Of a stretch of DNA of 64,000 nt, positions 62,808 to 64,000 are shown piece by piece (positions within the stretch are counted from its first letter, which is position 1; every line of letters begins with the position of its first letter). The position numbers and the translations under genes are program-made. Source of the stretch: Azolla caroliniana (lineage: Eukaryota; Plantae; Polypodiophyta); assembly GCA_043228905.1 (NCBI GenBank), contig JBHGNT010000010.1:14322001-14386000 (forward strand), written 5' to 3'. Under the pieces are notes generated by a model. The model saw only the letters and a program-made list of their open reading frames with translations, made no database searches and was not told where the DNA came from.

Positions 62808-64000
62808 TGTAAAGATTAGTGTGCGGAAGTTAAATAGACACAACCGGCTCAGCCGGACAGTAACAGAGAACGGTAAACACTGAGAACAACGGAGAGAGAG
62901 AGAGTACACAGGAGAGACAGAGAGAGTAGAACAATAAAACTCAAATTCAAATAACACTCTATACATACAAATGTGCTCCGAGAGCACTTTTATACAAGTC
63001 CTCAAAAGGACTGACAGAAGTACTAACATGTACTTCAATGCTCATAACTGAGCGACAGACACTAACTCCCAAAAAATATGCCTATCTACTAGGCTAGGAT
63101 TGTAGGCCTCTAATGGCTTACTAGCTCTCATGGATCCGACTCACCGATCCGATCTAGGCCTAGCCGATTCAGTCTTCGCCCAATCTAGCTCTCGGCTTGT
63201 TCAGCCGATTCGGCCCATCGGCCCATGTTGAGCTTGCTTCTCAACACTCCCCCTCAAGCTCAAACTGAGATTCCATCTGATCTGCCAGTTCCTTGCCTCG
63301 GCTTCTCCTAGCGTCTTTTCGCCTTGCTCGCACCCCTCATCCGGTTCGGTCCTGCGTTCCACAACCCCTCCAGTCCAACGCTTCTTGACCCATCCAGCTC
63401 CATGCATCTTGACCCATCCAACCGCCGCATCTCGACCCCTACAGTCGGCTTGTCTACTCATTAAGCCCATCTCAGCTCCATCGTTGTCGCGGTATTGGCG
63501 CTTCTCGACCCGTCGAATCCTTCGTTTCGGTGTCGGCTTCGGCTGCCTTCCTGTCCGCTTGGCTTTCACTTTATTCGGCTCCTCCGAATCGAACCACTCG
63601 ACTGACGCAGCTGTCTCCAATTTGTCATCCGTCTGCAAGCCCTTGACCACATCCGAACATTTTCTGGTCCCAGCCTCTTTCCTTTGGTCGGCTCTGTCCT
63701 TCTTGACTCTACCGCCTTTGCTGCTTGTTCCAACTCTATCGGATGTGTTGACTTCTTCAATCGATTCGGCATCTTGTTCAGTTTCAACTTTCTCTCGTTG
63801 CTCTCTCCATTTTTCTCTACCTGTGCGGCACATTGAGATGTTATAGCCCAAGCATCTCCAAGAAGTGTTGCAACTTGTCCGATCCGAGCGCTTTGGTGAA
63901 GATGTCGGCAACCTGCCGATCGGTTCGAACATATCGGAGTTAAAATTCACCGCTCAAGACCCGCTCGCGCACAAAGTGATCATGAACTTCTATGTGCTTT
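62808..64000 (-). mobile_element. Ty1/copia 3' end (LTR 62808-63246, PPT, RNase H C-terminus) inserted in the helicase intron
   Basis: TG...CA LTR, PPT ctccccctc at 63247, KHIEVHDHFVRER and RQVADIFTK peptides. Lies 61 bp upstream of the exon at 62746. Confidence 0.9.

Overview
This is a plant nuclear, transposon-dense window. The DEAD-box helicase sequence and the retroelement types suggest a non-seed plant such as a fern, which is an inference only. Most of the window is nested LTR retrotransposons. Ty1/copia elements include one fully intact copy at 6663-12026 (GTCAG TSD, uninterrupted gag-pol, LTRs differing only by one CT unit). An unusual Ty3/gypsy lineage has TGTCG...CGACA ends, a tRNA-Trp primer site, 4-bp CpG-centred target sites, and a conserved GGAUUUU-plus-pseudoknot -1 frameshift signal between protease and RT. 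A 1618-bp higher-order tandem array built from tRNA-Glu(CTC) genes and their decayed relics occupies 27.0-32.9 kb. It resumes at 57.0-58.1 kb after a 24.1-kb nested retroelement complex inserted into one tRNA copy. The only clear host protein gene is the last three exons of a DDX3/DED1-type DEAD-box helicase (61.5-62.7 kb, minus strand), which appears to be pseudogenising. All coordinates and alignments were read by eye and no database searches were run.
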